DNA from: Gammaproteobacteria bacterium | Lineage (GTDB): Bacteria > Pseudomonadota > Gammaproteobacteria > Steroidobacterales > Steroidobacteraceae | Reading direction: 5' to 3' | NCBI GenBank assembly: GCA_030039615.1 | Contig: JASHVF010000383.1 | Span: forward strand, 1 to 50,864 | DNA length: 50,864 nt | In this document: positions 1 to 8,982 of the stretch, piece by piece | Layout: each line of letters begins with the position of its first letter | Position numbering within the stretch: position 1 is the stretch's first letter | Position numbers and translations under genes: made by a program | Notes under the pieces: generated by a model | The model's input: the letters and a program-made list of their open reading frames with translations, nothing else | The model's database searches: none | What the model was told of the DNA's origin: nothing

Positions 1-29
1 GATGTTACGATTGTGTTGCGGGAACGCCG

Positions 30-641
30 ATGTCGAAGCTGCACGAAGTGGAAATCCACCGCCTGCGACCCAGCCAGATCACGGTCGGGTTGATCGAGGT
101 GCACGACAAGCGCACCAGGCTCGAGGCCATGAAGAAGCACGAGCAGCAGGCCTTCCTCGCGGAGCACGCGATTCCCGGGGTGTGGGGCCCGGATGGCAAG
201 CTCTACATCATCGACCATCATCATCTGGGGAGGGCTGCGGAGGAGGCAGGCATCGACACGGGCTTCTTCTGTGTCGAGGACGACTTCTCCAAGGTGCCGA
301 TCGCGCAGTTCTGGCCGCGCATGAGCGCCGCCCAATGGGCACACCCCATCGACCAGCATGGGCAGGTGCGCGGCTTCGAGATGATTCCCGATCACCTCGA
401 GCAGCTGATCGACGATCCTTACCGCTCGCTCGCCGGCTACGTGCGCGATGCCGGCGGTTACGACAAATCGAGCGGGCCGTTCTGCGAGTTTCAGTGGGCC
501 GACTTCTTCCGGCCGCGGGTGACGATCGGGCCGACGCGGGCGGACTTCACGAACGCGGTCACCATCGCGCTGAAGCTGGCCGCCTCGGCGCAGGCGGCCA
601 AGCTACCTGGATACAAGCCCGCAGCGACTGCTGCGAAGTGA
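30..641 (+). CDS. Stand-alone ParB-like nuclease domain protein (ParB/sulfiredoxin fold)
   Basis: 203-aa ATG ORF with strong GC3 bias. The N-terminal 'EIHRLRPSQITVG' resembles the ParB/Srx-fold motif and 'YIIDHHHLGRA' fits the stand-alone ParB-like nuclease family. No parA or HTH partner is nearby. Confidence 0.7.
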   Translation: MSKLHEVEIHRLRPSQITVGLIEVHDKRTRLEAMKKHEQQAFLAEHAIPGVWGPDGKLYIIDHHHLGRAAEEAGIDTGFFCVEDDFSKVPIAQFWPRMSAAQWAHPIDQHGQVRGFEMIPDHLEQLIDDPYRSLAGYVRDAGGYDKSSGPFCEFQWADFFRPRVTIGPTRADFTNAVTIALKLAASAQAAKLPGYKPAATAAK

Positions 642-709
642 CGGCTGGCGCGCCGTGCCGTGTAGTAAGGCCTGATAATATGTCTCTAAGCCTTTGAGTC
701 GACTCGAAC

Positions 710-799
710 GGAGAGGTGGCAGAGCGGTTGATTGCACCGGTCTTGAAAACCGGCAAGCCCGCAAGGGCTTCGGGAGTTCGAATCTCCCCCTCTCCGCCA
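710..799 (+). tRNA. tRNA-Ser, anticodon UGA, with genomically encoded CCA
   Basis: Cloverleaf folded by hand. Acceptor GGAGAGG/CCTCTCC; anticodon stem CCGGT/ACCGG with loop CTTGAAA (anticodon TGA); long variable arm GCCC-GCAA-GGGC; T arm GGGAG-TTCGAAT-CTCCC; discriminator G plus CCA. Confidence 0.95.
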
Positions 800-815
800 G
801 ATCGTCGACGACAAG

Positions 816-853
816 ACGACGGGCTGGCGGCGCTGGCGCGCCGCGCCCGTCGT
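816..853. terminator. GC-rich bipartite hairpin between the convergent tRNA-Ser and bactofilin genes (possible bidirectional terminator)
   Basis: ACGACGGGC-tg-GCGGCGC-tggc-GCGCCGC-GCCCGTCGT gives 9+7 bp of pairing with a 2-nt bulge. It lies 17 nt after the tRNA 3' end and 4 nt from the bactofilin stop. The U-tracts on both strands are weak. Confidence 0.45.
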
Positions 854-857
854 GCTC

Positions 858-1409
858 TTACGGCTCCGACTGCTCGCCGAGGATGCCCGCCGCCTGCGGG
901 TCGCTGAGGGGCGCCTGAGGCTCCGTCCTCGGCGCCGGCGCGGCCGGCTTCCGGGCCTTCTTCGACTCTGCCGATGCGCGCGGCGGCATCTTGACGCTGC
1001 CGTTGAACTCCGCGCCGTCGACGATGCTGACACGCGGAGCGAGAATGTCGCCGTTCAGGACCGCGCTCGGCGCGACCGTCACCGACTCGCTCGCCTCGAC
1101 GTCGCCGTCGACGGTGCCGCGGATGGTGATCGAGCGCGCAACTACGTTGCCGCTCACCACCCCGCCCAGAGCGATCGTCACGCTGCCGCTGTGGGTGATC
1201 GAGCCCTCGACCCGGCCGAAGAGCACCAGGTCCTCGTCGGCGGACAGCTCGCCCCTGAAGACCAGCGTCTTGCCGAGTGTCATGAGGGCGAGAGGGGCGG
1301 ACTGCTTGCTCGCGGCCGCGGGCGCGGCAGCGGCCTCAGCCGCCGCCGGACTCTCCGCGGCGCTTGCCTCGCCATTTGCACCGAAAACCGACATGATCCT
1401 GCGTGCCAT
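858..1409 (-). CDS. Bactofilin (DUF583) cytoskeletal protein with Ala/Pro-rich N-tail and Lys/Pro-rich C-tail
   Basis: 183 aa. The core 'LVFRGELSADEDLVLFGRVEGSITHSGSVTIALGGVVSGNVVARSITIRGTVDGDV...APRVSIVDGAEFNGSV' is the repetitive beta-helical bactofilin pattern. A GGAGAAG Shine-Dalgarno lies inside the upstream gene end, and the junction reads TGA-TTT-ATG. Confidence 0.85.
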   Translation of the reverse strand: MARRIMSVFGANGEASAAESPAAAEAAAAPAAASKQSAPLALMTLGKTLVFRGELSADEDLVLFGRVEGSITHSGSVTIALGGVVSGNVVARSITIRGTVDGDVEASESVTVAPSAVLNGDILAPRVSIVDGAEFNGSVKMPPRASAESKKARKPAAPAPRTEPQAPLSDPQAAGILGEQSEP

Positions 1410-1412
1410 AAA

Positions 1413-1790
1413 TCACCGCTTCTCCGTGTCGCGTCCGATACCGCGGCCGCGCTTGCTCGTATCCATGATGACGTTGCCGTTGAAATCGGCGCCGTCGACG
1501 ATGCTCACGCTCGGCGCGCGCACGTCTCCGGTGAGATGTCCGGTCTCCATGACGGCGACCGACGTCTGCGCATGAACGTCTCCCTCGACCGTGCCGGCGA
1601 TGGAAACGATGTGGCCCTCGATCTGTGCCTTGACATGACCCTGGGTGCCGACGGTGAGCCGGCGCGAGTGCTTGATGGTTCCGACGACCTGTCCCTCGAT
1701 CAGCAGGTCCTCGGCGGCGGTCAGCTCGCCCTTGAAGCGTAGAGTGGCGCCGAGAATCGAACCGTCATCCTTCGGGGCGTCGTTGTCCAT
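1413..1790 (-). CDS. Bactofilin (DUF583) cytoskeletal protein, short paralogue
   Basis: 125 aa. 'LRFKGELTAAEDLLIEGQVVGTIKHSRRLTVGTQGHVKAQIEGHIVSIAGTVEGDV...APSVSIVDGADFNGNV' is colinear with the downstream paralogue. GGAGAGGA Shine-Dalgarno upstream. Confidence 0.85.
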   Translation of the reverse strand: MDNDAPKDDGSILGATLRFKGELTAAEDLLIEGQVVGTIKHSRRLTVGTQGHVKAQIEGHIVSIAGTVEGDVHAQTSVAVMETGHLTGDVRAPSVSIVDGADFNGNVIMDTSKRGRGIGRDTEKR

Positions 1791-1962
1791 GCGTCCTCTC
1801 CGTGAATCCCGTCACAACAGCCGGCTGCTTCCACTGCCGGCTCCCCTACATCGGCCGCACTGGACAACACTTAAGGAGCCACGGGAAGCGGTTCGCGTGC
1901 GCGAGTGCGCTGTCGCACTGCGGCAAAGACGAGCGCTGCTTATGTCGGGTGACGCTGCGCGA

Positions 1963-2391
1963 TCAGGGCGTCTTGCGCGCGAAGGTCGCCGTGCAGTTGC
2001 GTCCCCGGGTGCGATGCCCGCTGCCCGAATCGCCGGCGAACCTGGCCTCGATGTGATAGCTGTAGGGAGTGCCGCGTGGGCGTTCGCCGACCGCGGCGCG
2101 CTCGCTGCCGACGATGCCGTGTGCCGCAAGGCTCGCCGACCCATCGGGCAGGATGCGGCCCTCGAGCTTGAGCCACCCGGGCGCCCCGGCGATGCCGCGC
2201 TCGCCGTTGAGCACGCTGGCCTTCACGTTCGAGACGAACTCATAGGAGTAGGGCAGTGCGCCCTGTGCCGGCGGGCACGAGACCACCGTGCTCCAGAGGC
2301 CGTCGAACGCCCCGGGTGTTTCGTCGGCGCGCGCGGCGGTGGTGGCGCACAGCAGTGCGCACAGCGTCAGAGTCAGGATGCTCTTTGACAT
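1963..2391 (-). CDS. Exported hypothetical protein
   Basis: 142 aa with a Sec signal peptide 'MSKSILTLTLCALLCATTAARA|DE' and an ACGGAGG Shine-Dalgarno. GC3 bias is good. I recognise no family. A 'PYSY' motif occurs twice. Confidence 0.65.
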   Translation of the reverse strand: MSKSILTLTLCALLCATTAARADETPGAFDGLWSTVVSCPPAQGALPYSYEFVSNVKASVLNGERGIAGAPGWLKLEGRILPDGSASLAAHGIVGSERAAVGERPRGTPYSYHIEARFAGDSGSGHRTRGRNCTATFARKTP

Positions 2392-2593
2392 GCAGGGCCT
2401 CCGTTCGAGCTCGATGCCGTCCGCGGCGCCGCGCTGCGCAGTCCGCAGCGCCTCGCACAGGCCTAAACATAATCACAAGCGCGGCCATACACAAAATTCC
2501 CGTTGCCCCTACGTAAATCCCGGCCCGCGCCGGAGCGGCGCTGCGTCGGCCGGCGTGGTATCTTGCGGCGCCTTTTTTGGGGGGATCATCAAT

Positions 2594-3847
2594 ATGCGAG
2601 CAGAGCCCATGCGCTCGATCGCGGTCGTGACCGCCTGCCTGACCGTGCTCGCCGGGTGCGCGCGGCACGGCTCGCACACCGCCGCACTCAGCCCCGCCGA
2701 CGTCGCCTTCCAGAAGCAGCTGCAGGAGCAGTTCCTGGATGCGAAGCCCGGCACGGTGATCGAGATTCCGCCCGGCACGCACGCGCTCGATCGCGTGCTC
2801 ACGCTGCGCGCCAACGGCGTCACGATACGCGGCGCCGGCGCCGACCAGAGCATTCTGTCGTTCAGGAACGAGATCTCCGGTCCCGAGGGGATTCTGGTCT
2901 ACGGCAGCGATTTCACCATCGAGAATCTCGCCATCGAGGACACCAAGGGCGACGGGCTGAAGATCAACGACGGCGATAACCTCACCATCCGCGGCGTGCG
3001 CGTGGCCTGGACCGACGGACCGAAGACCAGCAACGGCGCCTACGGGATCTACCCGGTGCGCTCGCACCACATCCTGATCGAGGATTCCTCCTCCTGGGGC
3101 GCCGCCGACGCCGGCATCTACGTCGGCCAGTCGACCGACATCGTGGTGCGTCACTGTCACGCCGAGCAGAATGTCGCCGGCATCGAGATCGAGAACAGCA
3201 TCCACGCCGACGTCTACGAGAACGTCGCCACCGGCAATACCGGCGGCATCCTGGTTTTCAACATGCCGAACCTCGCCCAGGCCGGGCACTCGACCCGGGT
3301 GTTCAGGAACCGGGTGCTGAAGAACAACCTCGCCAGCTTCGCCGCCAAGGGCGCGGCGGTGGCGAGCGTGCCGGCGGGTTCCGGCGTCGTGGTCAACTCC
3401 AACAGCCAGGTCGAGATCTTCGACAACGACATCGCCGACAACCAGACGGCGAACCTGATCATCTCGGCGTACTTCTCCACCAACTATTACAACAAGCCGG
3501 GAATCGACCCGCACTACGACCCGTACCCGCGCGCGATCTTCATCTACGACAATCGCTTCTCGGGCGGGGGCGACTCGCCCGACGGGCTGGAGCTGAAGAC
3601 TCTCAAGGTCGCCATGTTCGGGCTCAACGGGCACTTCCCCGACATCGTCTGGGACGGCTACCGCGACGAGCAGCACCTGGTCAATGGCCAGCCGCCGGCT
3701 GATGAGCGCATCTGCATAAGGAACGGCAATGCCGGGGTGCTGAACGCCGACGGCCCGCACAAATACAAGAACCCGACGACCGACGCGAGCCAGTTCCAGT
3801 GTGAGCTGCCGAAGCTCGCGCCGGTGGAGCTCCCGGGCAGGACCTGA
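2594..3847 (+). CDS. Parallel beta-helix repeat lipoprotein (NosD/CASH-like)
   Basis: I trimmed track ORF 2288..3847 to the ATG at 2594, which has a GGGGGGA Shine-Dalgarno. Lipobox 'LTVLAGC'. Repeated 'I.I.N...V..N....N...GI.V' turns (for example 'NVAGIEIENSIHADVYENVATGNTGGILVFN') are typical of right-handed beta-helix repeats. Confidence 0.8.
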   Translation: MRAEPMRSIAVVTACLTVLAGCARHGSHTAALSPADVAFQKQLQEQFLDAKPGTVIEIPPGTHALDRVLTLRANGVTIRGAGADQSILSFRNEISGPEGILVYGSDFTIENLAIEDTKGDGLKINDGDNLTIRGVRVAWTDGPKTSNGAYGIYPVRSHHILIEDSSSWGAADAGIYVGQSTDIVVRHCHAEQNVAGIEIENSIHADVYENVATGNTGGILVFNMPNLAQAGHSTRVFRNRVLKNNLASFAAKGAAVASVPAGSGVVVNSNSQVEIFDNDIADNQTANLIISAYFSTNYYNKPGIDPHYDPYPRAIFIYDNRFSGGGDSPDGLELKTLKVAMFGLNGHFPDIVWDGYRDEQHLVNGQPPADERICIRNGNAGVLNADGPHKYKNPTTDASQFQCELPKLAPVELPGRT

Positions 3848-3849
3848 GC

Positions 3850-5031
3850 GTGCGGCGCGGTGCTCTCAGATGCCACTGCGCCACGGGCGGCCTCTCGTGG
3901 CTCGCGCTGGCGCTGCTCGCCCCGACGCTGCTCGCGGGCTGCGCACGCACTCCGCCGCCCGCCGTGCATTTCTTTGCCGAGGGCCGCCCGCAACACCTGA
4001 GCGACTGGCACGTGGTGCTGCGCGAGGGCGATAGGCTGGTGCTGAACGGCGGGGTAGTGCCCTTCGACCTCAACACCCCGCTGTTCAGTGACTACGCGCA
4101 CAAGCTGCGCACCGTGTGGATGCCGGCCGGGACGGCCGCGCAGTACTCCGACGCGCAGACCTTCGATTTCCCGGTGGGCACGGTCCTCAGCAAGACCTTC
4201 TACTATCCGCGCGCCGCCGCTCACGCCGAGGCACCCGATGACGTGGCGCGCACCTACGACCAGTCGCGCGACTTTGCCGGTACCGGGCTCGACCTCAACA
4301 ACGTGCGCCTCATCGAGACGCGGCTCCTGGTGCGCCGCGAGCATGGCTGGGAGGCGCTGCCGTACGTGTGGAACGCGCAGCAGACGGATGCGGAGCTGGC
4401 ACGCACCGGCGATGAGGTGCCGCTCGAGCTCATCGCGGCCGACGGCGCCGCCGAGTCCTTCACCTACGTGGTGCCGAATGAGAATCAGTGCGCCGGCTGC
4501 CACGTCACCGATCTCAAGACACGGGCGATCGCGCCGATCGGACCCAAGGCGCGCCACCTGAACCGCGACTACCGCTATCCCGAGGGCGCGCAGAACCAGC
4601 TCGCCTATCTCGAGAAGCTCGGCTACCTCAAGGGTCTGCCGCCGCTCGCACAGGTGCCGCGCAGCGCGGCGTGGCGCGATGCTTCGCAGCCGCTCGAGGC
4701 GCGCGCGCGTGCCTATCTCGAGGTGAACTGCGGCCACTGCCACAGCCCGGCGGGACCCGCCAACACCACCGCGCTCACCTTCGACGTCGGTACGCCGCTC
4801 GACCGGCACCTCGGCTTGTGCAAGCCGCCGGTGGCCGCCGGCCGCGGCAGCGGCGATCGCCTCTTCGACATCGTGCCCGGGCATCCCGATGACTCGATCC
4901 TGCCGTTCCGCATGGCATCGAGCGAGACGGGCGTGATGATGCCGGAGCAGGGGCGCGGCACGGTGCACCGCGAGGGCCTGGAGCTGATTCGGGCATGGAT
5001 CAGCGCCATGTCCGGCTCGTGCAGCAGCTGA
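3850..5031 (+). CDS. Diheme c-type cytochrome lipoprotein (HNE_0200 / SO2930-like family, from memory)
   Basis: GTG start 2 nt after the upstream stop. Lipobox 'TLLAGC'. Two CxxCH haem motifs: CAGCH (4489..4503) and CGHCH (4729..4743). As I recall it, this family is the recurrent partner of the beta-helix protein. Confidence 0.8.
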   Translation: MRRGALRCHCATGGLSWLALALLAPTLLAGCARTPPPAVHFFAEGRPQHLSDWHVVLREGDRLVLNGGVVPFDLNTPLFSDYAHKLRTVWMPAGTAAQYSDAQTFDFPVGTVLSKTFYYPRAAAHAEAPDDVARTYDQSRDFAGTGLDLNNVRLIETRLLVRREHGWEALPYVWNAQQTDAELARTGDEVPLELIAADGAAESFTYVVPNENQCAGCHVTDLKTRAIAPIGPKARHLNRDYRYPEGAQNQLAYLEKLGYLKGLPPLAQVPRSAAWRDASQPLEARARAYLEVNCGHCHSPAGPANTTALTFDVGTPLDRHLGLCKPPVAAGRGSGDRLFDIVPGHPDDSILPFRMASSETGVMMPEQGRGTVHREGLELIRAWISAMSGSCSS

Positions 5032-5063
5032 GCTTTCTTTTGCCTAGGGGAGACCTGAAGAAA

Positions 5064-7457
5064 ATGACGAACATCCGCCGTATCGCGCTCATCCTCGCAC
5101 CGCTCGCGCTAAGTGCCGGCCTGGCCGCGGCTGACCAGGGCCCCGCGGCGCCGGCGCCGGGCGCGGCGGACACGAGCGAGCTCGAGACCATCACGGTCAC
5201 CGCGCAGCATCGCACCGAAGCCGCGCAGGACGTGCCGATCGCCATGCAGGTCGTGACCAGTCAGCAGCTCGAGCAGCTGCAGGCGACCGACCTGGCGGGC
5301 ATGGATGGCTACATTCCGGGATTGAGCGTGAGCGATGAGCAGCCGACGCAGCCCGGCTACACGCTGCGTGGCATCAGCATCAGCGATTTCGGCATCGGCA
5401 CGGATTCGCCGATCGGCATCTACGACGACGGCGTGTACGCCGGCAAGACCGGCGGCGCGCTGCTGCTGTTCGACGACGTGCAGCACGTCGAGGTCCTGAA
5501 GGGTCCGCAGGGCACGCTGTTCGGCCGCAACAGCGCGGCCGGCGCGATCTCCGTCGTCAGCAATGCGCCCACCGACGAGTTCAGCACGGATGCCACCGTG
5601 CGTTTCGGCAACTACGGCACGCGCTACCTCGATGCCATGGTGAACGCGCCGCTGATCGACGATACCCTGACTGGCCGCGTCTCGTTCGTCGACAACCACA
5701 ATGACGGCTGGCTGCGCGACGACGCCACCGGCGCCACCTACCACCGCGACGGCGACTGGGGTCTGCGGGCGCAGCTGCTGTGGAAGGCGCCGGCGGATAC
5801 CAGCGTGCGCCTCATCTGGGAGCACGAAGAGCTCGATCAGCCGGCACGCCCGGCGATCAGCGTCGTGTCGCTGCCGGCCTCTCCCGGGCTGCCGACCTTC
5901 CCGACGAATCCCGACACCTGGGTGAGCCCGTTCACCGCGCCGCTGATGAACGACGTGGTCGACGGCCGCGAGACGCGCAGCTTCAACGGCCTGACGCTGC
6001 GCATCGAGCACTCCTTCGATATCGGCGACTTCACCTCGGTGAGCGCCTGGCGGCACTTCGACACCTTCAACCGCGAGGACCAGGACGGCACTGACCGGCT
6101 GTACCTGTATTTCGACGACGCCAACATCGAGCGCAATACCAGCTATTCGCAGGAGTTCACCCTGCACGGCAAGAGCTCGCTCGCCGACTGGGTGGTCGGG
6201 GCGAGCTACTACTACGAGGACGGCTGGCAGGACAGCCAGCTGAACCTCTACACCAACACCATCGACACGCTGCTCAACAACACGCAGGGAATCCCCGGCG
6301 GGGTCTACGGGCCGATCAGCGCCGTGACGCAGCCGCTGCTCGGCATCTCGCTGCTCGGCGACCCGTGGCAGGAGAGCATGTACAACCAGCTGTACGCGCG
6401 CGCCACGGCCCTCTACAGCGACGTCATCTGGCACTTGGCCTCGCAGTGGAACCTGACCACCGGCGTGCGCTTCACCGACGATCAGAAGGACTTCAGCTGG
6501 TACAACCCGCCGCGCATCGCCACCGCGCTCGATGCCAGCCTCGCGGAGCTCACGCAGGTGGGCTTCCCGCTGCCGCCATTCCCGTTCGATCAGAACCTGG
6601 TGTTCAACTACCCGATCTCCACCGATGCACCTTACCGGCTGCACAACAGCTGGACCGATCTGAGTCCGCGCGTGGTGCTCGACTACAAGCCGGTCGACAG
6701 CGAGCTCTTTTACCTGTCGTACTCGCGCGGCTACGAGGCCGGCGGCTACAACGCGCTGCAGCCGGGCGAGGTCTACGATCCGGAGTACGTCAGCAACTAC
6801 GAGCTCGGCGTGAAGAGCGAGCTGCTCGATCACCGGCTGCTGCTGAATGCCTCGGTGTACTACTATCTGTACACGCACCTGCAGAACCTCACGCTGGTCA
6901 CCAATACCAGCGCAATTCCCGAGTACGAGGTGACCACCTCGGATCAGCACGCCACCGGAGTCGACTTCGAGTCGCGCTGGCAGGCGACCGATGCGCTCAG
7001 CCTGCACGTGGTCGCCGCCTACATCGACCAGACCTACGTGAGCTACGTGGCTCCCGACGGCACCAATCTCGCCGGACAGGCGGTCGGCACCCCGTTCTGG
7101 TCGTTCGCCGGGGGCTTCGACTACCGCTGGCACCAGGTGGCGGGGGGCGATGTGGATCTGCTGGTGCAGGGCGCCTACACCGGGGCGCAGCGCTGCAACG
7201 CCGACTCGGCGGCGCAGGGCAGCTGCCTCGTGATCCCGGCGTTCCACATCGGCACCGCCGAGACGCGCGCCGACGCGCGGCTCGGCTGGACCAGTGGGGG
7301 GCGCGCGCCGGTGACGGTGGCCATATACGGCAACAATCTGTTCGACAAGCAGTACGCTACCGGCATCAACAACATCACGGCGACGACGCTCGGTACGCCG
7401 TTCACCGACATCACGGCGCCGCGTTTCTACGGCGTCGAGCTCGGCATACGCTATTGA
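5064..7457 (+). CDS. TonB-dependent outer-membrane receptor
   Basis: Trimmed to the ATG at 5064 (GGGGAGA Shine-Dalgarno). Signal peptide 'MTNIRRIALILAPLALSAGLAAA'. TonB-box/plug 'ELETITVTAQ...VEVLKGPQGTLFGRNSAAG'. C-terminal barrel ending 'FYGVELGIRY'. Confidence 0.9.
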   Translation: MTNIRRIALILAPLALSAGLAAADQGPAAPAPGAADTSELETITVTAQHRTEAAQDVPIAMQVVTSQQLEQLQATDLAGMDGYIPGLSVSDEQPTQPGYTLRGISISDFGIGTDSPIGIYDDGVYAGKTGGALLLFDDVQHVEVLKGPQGTLFGRNSAAGAISVVSNAPTDEFSTDATVRFGNYGTRYLDAMVNAPLIDDTLTGRVSFVDNHNDGWLRDDATGATYHRDGDWGLRAQLLWKAPADTSVRLIWEHEELDQPARPAISVVSLPASPGLPTFPTNPDTWVSPFTAPLMNDVVDGRETRSFNGLTLRIEHSFDIGDFTSVSAWRHFDTFNREDQDGTDRLYLYFDDANIERNTSYSQEFTLHGKSSLADWVVGASYYYEDGWQDSQLNLYTNTIDTLLNNTQGIPGGVYGPISAVTQPLLGISLLGDPWQESMYNQLYARATALYSDVIWHLASQWNLTTGVRFTDDQKDFSWYNPPRIATALDASLAELTQVGFPLPPFPFDQNLVFNYPISTDAPYRLHNSWTDLSPRVVLDYKPVDSELFYLSYSRGYEAGGYNALQPGEVYDPEYVSNYELGVKSELLDHRLLLNASVYYYLYTHLQNLTLVTNTSAIPEYEVTTSDQHATGVDFESRWQATDALSLHVVAAYIDQTYVSYVAPDGTNLAGQAVGTPFWSFAGGFDYRWHQVAGGDVDLLVQGAYTGAQRCNADSAAQGSCLVIPAFHIGTAETRADARLGWTSGGRAPVTVAIYGNNLFDKQYATGINNITATTLGTPFTDITAPRFYGVELGIRY

Positions 7458-7473
7458 GCCGCGGGGAGCCACG

Positions 7474-8922
7474 ATGAGCCCGGCCGCGACCGAAGCCGCC
7501 GCACCCGGCCAGACGCCGGGCGCAGCGCAGCGCCTCGAGGCGGCGCTCGCCGCGCAGCAGGCTGCGTACCTGCGGGCGCCCGTACCCGGCTATCGTGAGC
7601 GGCGCGCCGATCTCGCTGCGCTGGCGCGACTGCTGGCCGAGAACCGCGAGGCGCTGGTCGAGGCGCTCAATCGCGATTACGGCAGCCGCTCGCGCCACGA
7701 GACGCTGTTCGCCGAGATCGTGCCGGCGCTCGATGGGATCCGCCACGCCCGGCGCCACCTGCGTCGCTGGATGCGTCCGCAGCGCCGCGCGATCGATCTC
7801 ATGCTCTTCCCCGGCGCCCGCAACCGCGTGCTGCCGCAGCCGCTCGGAGTCATCGGCATCATCGTGCCGTGGAACTTCCCCATCAACCTCATGTTCCTGC
7901 CGCTCGCGGCGGCCTTCGCCGCCGGCAACCGCGCGATGGTGAAGCTGTCGGAGAACTCACGCCACCTGGCGGCGCTGCTCGTTGCGACCGTGCCGCGCTA
8001 CTTCCCGGCGGAGAAGCTCGCGGTGTTCGACGAGACCGGGGGTGTGGGAGTGGCGTTCTCGCGTCTGCGCTTCGATCATCTGCTCTTTACCGGCTCGACC
8101 GACACCGGCAGGCGGGTGATGGCCGCCGCGGCCGACAACCTGACGCCGGTGACGCTCGAGCTCGGCGGCAAGTCGCCAGCGCTGGTGTGCGAGGATTTCC
8201 CGCTGCGCACCGCCGCGGAGCGCATCCTGTTCGTGAAGCTCCTCAACGCCGGGCAGATCTGCACCACGGTCGACTACCTGCTGCTGCCGCGCGCGCGCAT
8301 CGAGGAGTTCGGGGCGCTCGCCGCGCAGATCGTGCGCCAGCGCTATGCGGACCTCGCCACGCACGACTACACCTCGATCATCGACGCGCGTTCCTTCGCG
8401 CGCCTCACCCAGGCGATCGAGGAGGCGCGGGTACGCGGCGCCCGCGTGCTGCAGCTCCTGCCGGGCGCGCCCTGGGATGAGGCGACGCGCAAGCTGAGCC
8501 CGCACCTCGTGATCGAGCCACCCGGCGATATCCAGCTGATGCAGCGCGAGATCTTCGGACCGGTGCTGCCGGTCATCGGCTACGAGCGGCTCGAGGAGGC
8601 GGTGGAGTTCATCCGCGCGCGCCCGCGGCCGCTCGCCTTCTATCCCTTCAGCCGCCGCCGCGCCACCATCGACCAGCTGCTGACCCAGGTGATGTCGGGG
8701 GGCGTGTGCGTGAACGATGCGCTCTGGCACGTCGGTCAACACGACCTGCCGTTTGGCGGCGTGGGCGCGAGTGGCATGGGCCAGTACCACGGCGCGGAAG
8801 GCTTCGCGACCTTTTCCAAGCTGCGCCCGGTGTTCTACCAGGCGCCGGTGAGCAGCATGCGGCTGCTGTGGCCGCCGTTCGGCCGCCTGGCCGATCGCAT
8901 GCTGGATTTCCTCAGCCGCTAG
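7474..8922 (+). CDS. NAD(P)-dependent aldehyde dehydrogenase, coniferyl-aldehyde dehydrogenase-like
   Basis: 482 aa. ALDH motifs 'VPWNFP', 'LELGGKSP' (catalytic Glu) and 'NAGQICTTVDY' (catalytic Cys). No signal peptide, so cytoplasmic. Confidence 0.85.
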   Translation: MSPAATEAAAPGQTPGAAQRLEAALAAQQAAYLRAPVPGYRERRADLAALARLLAENREALVEALNRDYGSRSRHETLFAEIVPALDGIRHARRHLRRWMRPQRRAIDLMLFPGARNRVLPQPLGVIGIIVPWNFPINLMFLPLAAAFAAGNRAMVKLSENSRHLAALLVATVPRYFPAEKLAVFDETGGVGVAFSRLRFDHLLFTGSTDTGRRVMAAAADNLTPVTLELGGKSPALVCEDFPLRTAAERILFVKLLNAGQICTTVDYLLLPRARIEEFGALAAQIVRQRYADLATHDYTSIIDARSFARLTQAIEEARVRGARVLQLLPGAPWDEATRKLSPHLVIEPPGDIQLMQREIFGPVLPVIGYERLEEAVEFIRARPRPLAFYPFSRRRATIDQLLTQVMSGGVCVNDALWHVGQHDLPFGGVGASGMGQYHGAEGFATFSKLRPVFYQAPVSSMRLLWPPFGRLADRMLDFLSR

Positions 8923-8952
8923 CTGCGGCACCCGCGCCGCGCGCCGATTCGC

Positions 8953-8982
8953 GCCGGCATTGTGCTTATAATCCCTGCCGGC
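8953..8982 (+). promoter_or_regulatory. Inverted repeat GCCGGCA-N16-TGCCGGC enclosing a perfect TATAAT and abutting the dehydrogenase ATG (candidate operator/promoter)
   Basis: Read directly: left arm 8953..8959, right arm 8976..8982, TATAAT at 8967..8972, ATG at 8983. No Shine-Dalgarno sequence. This is an AT-rich island in GC-rich DNA. Confidence 0.3.

Noticed and set aside
641-709. Sigma-70 promoter for tRNA-Ser, based on the GATAAT-like hexamer at about 674..679 in an AT-rich patch.
   Set aside because: I found no acceptable -35 element at 16-19 bp spacing, and the position implies a leader of about 25 nt. It is plausible but not supportable enough to list as a feature.
1-1790. Genomic island or prophage remnant integrated at tRNA-Ser, suggested by the ParB-like nuclease next to a tRNA.
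   Set aside because: There is no integrase, excisionase, transposase or phage gene on either side. I did not spot a direct repeat of the tRNA 3' end in the window. The GC content and codon bias of the neighbours look native.
5109-7472. Other very long shadow ORFs opposite, or out of frame with, recognised genes: 2240..3760(-), 3658..4968(-), 5109..7472(-), 9079..10728(-), 11183..12256(-), 14088..16289(-), 26912..29560(+), 34643..36121(-), 40260..41933(-), 42339..44759(+), 48122..50368(-), 48847..50748(+), and the first 2 kb of 45226..47928(+).
   Set aside because: The reasoning is the same. Each overlaps a gene with strong homology-type motifs in another frame, and their translations are Arg/Gly/Ala/Pro-rich with no domain signatures. 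Only the 3' tail of 45226..47928 (from 47338) is kept, as a real small gene.
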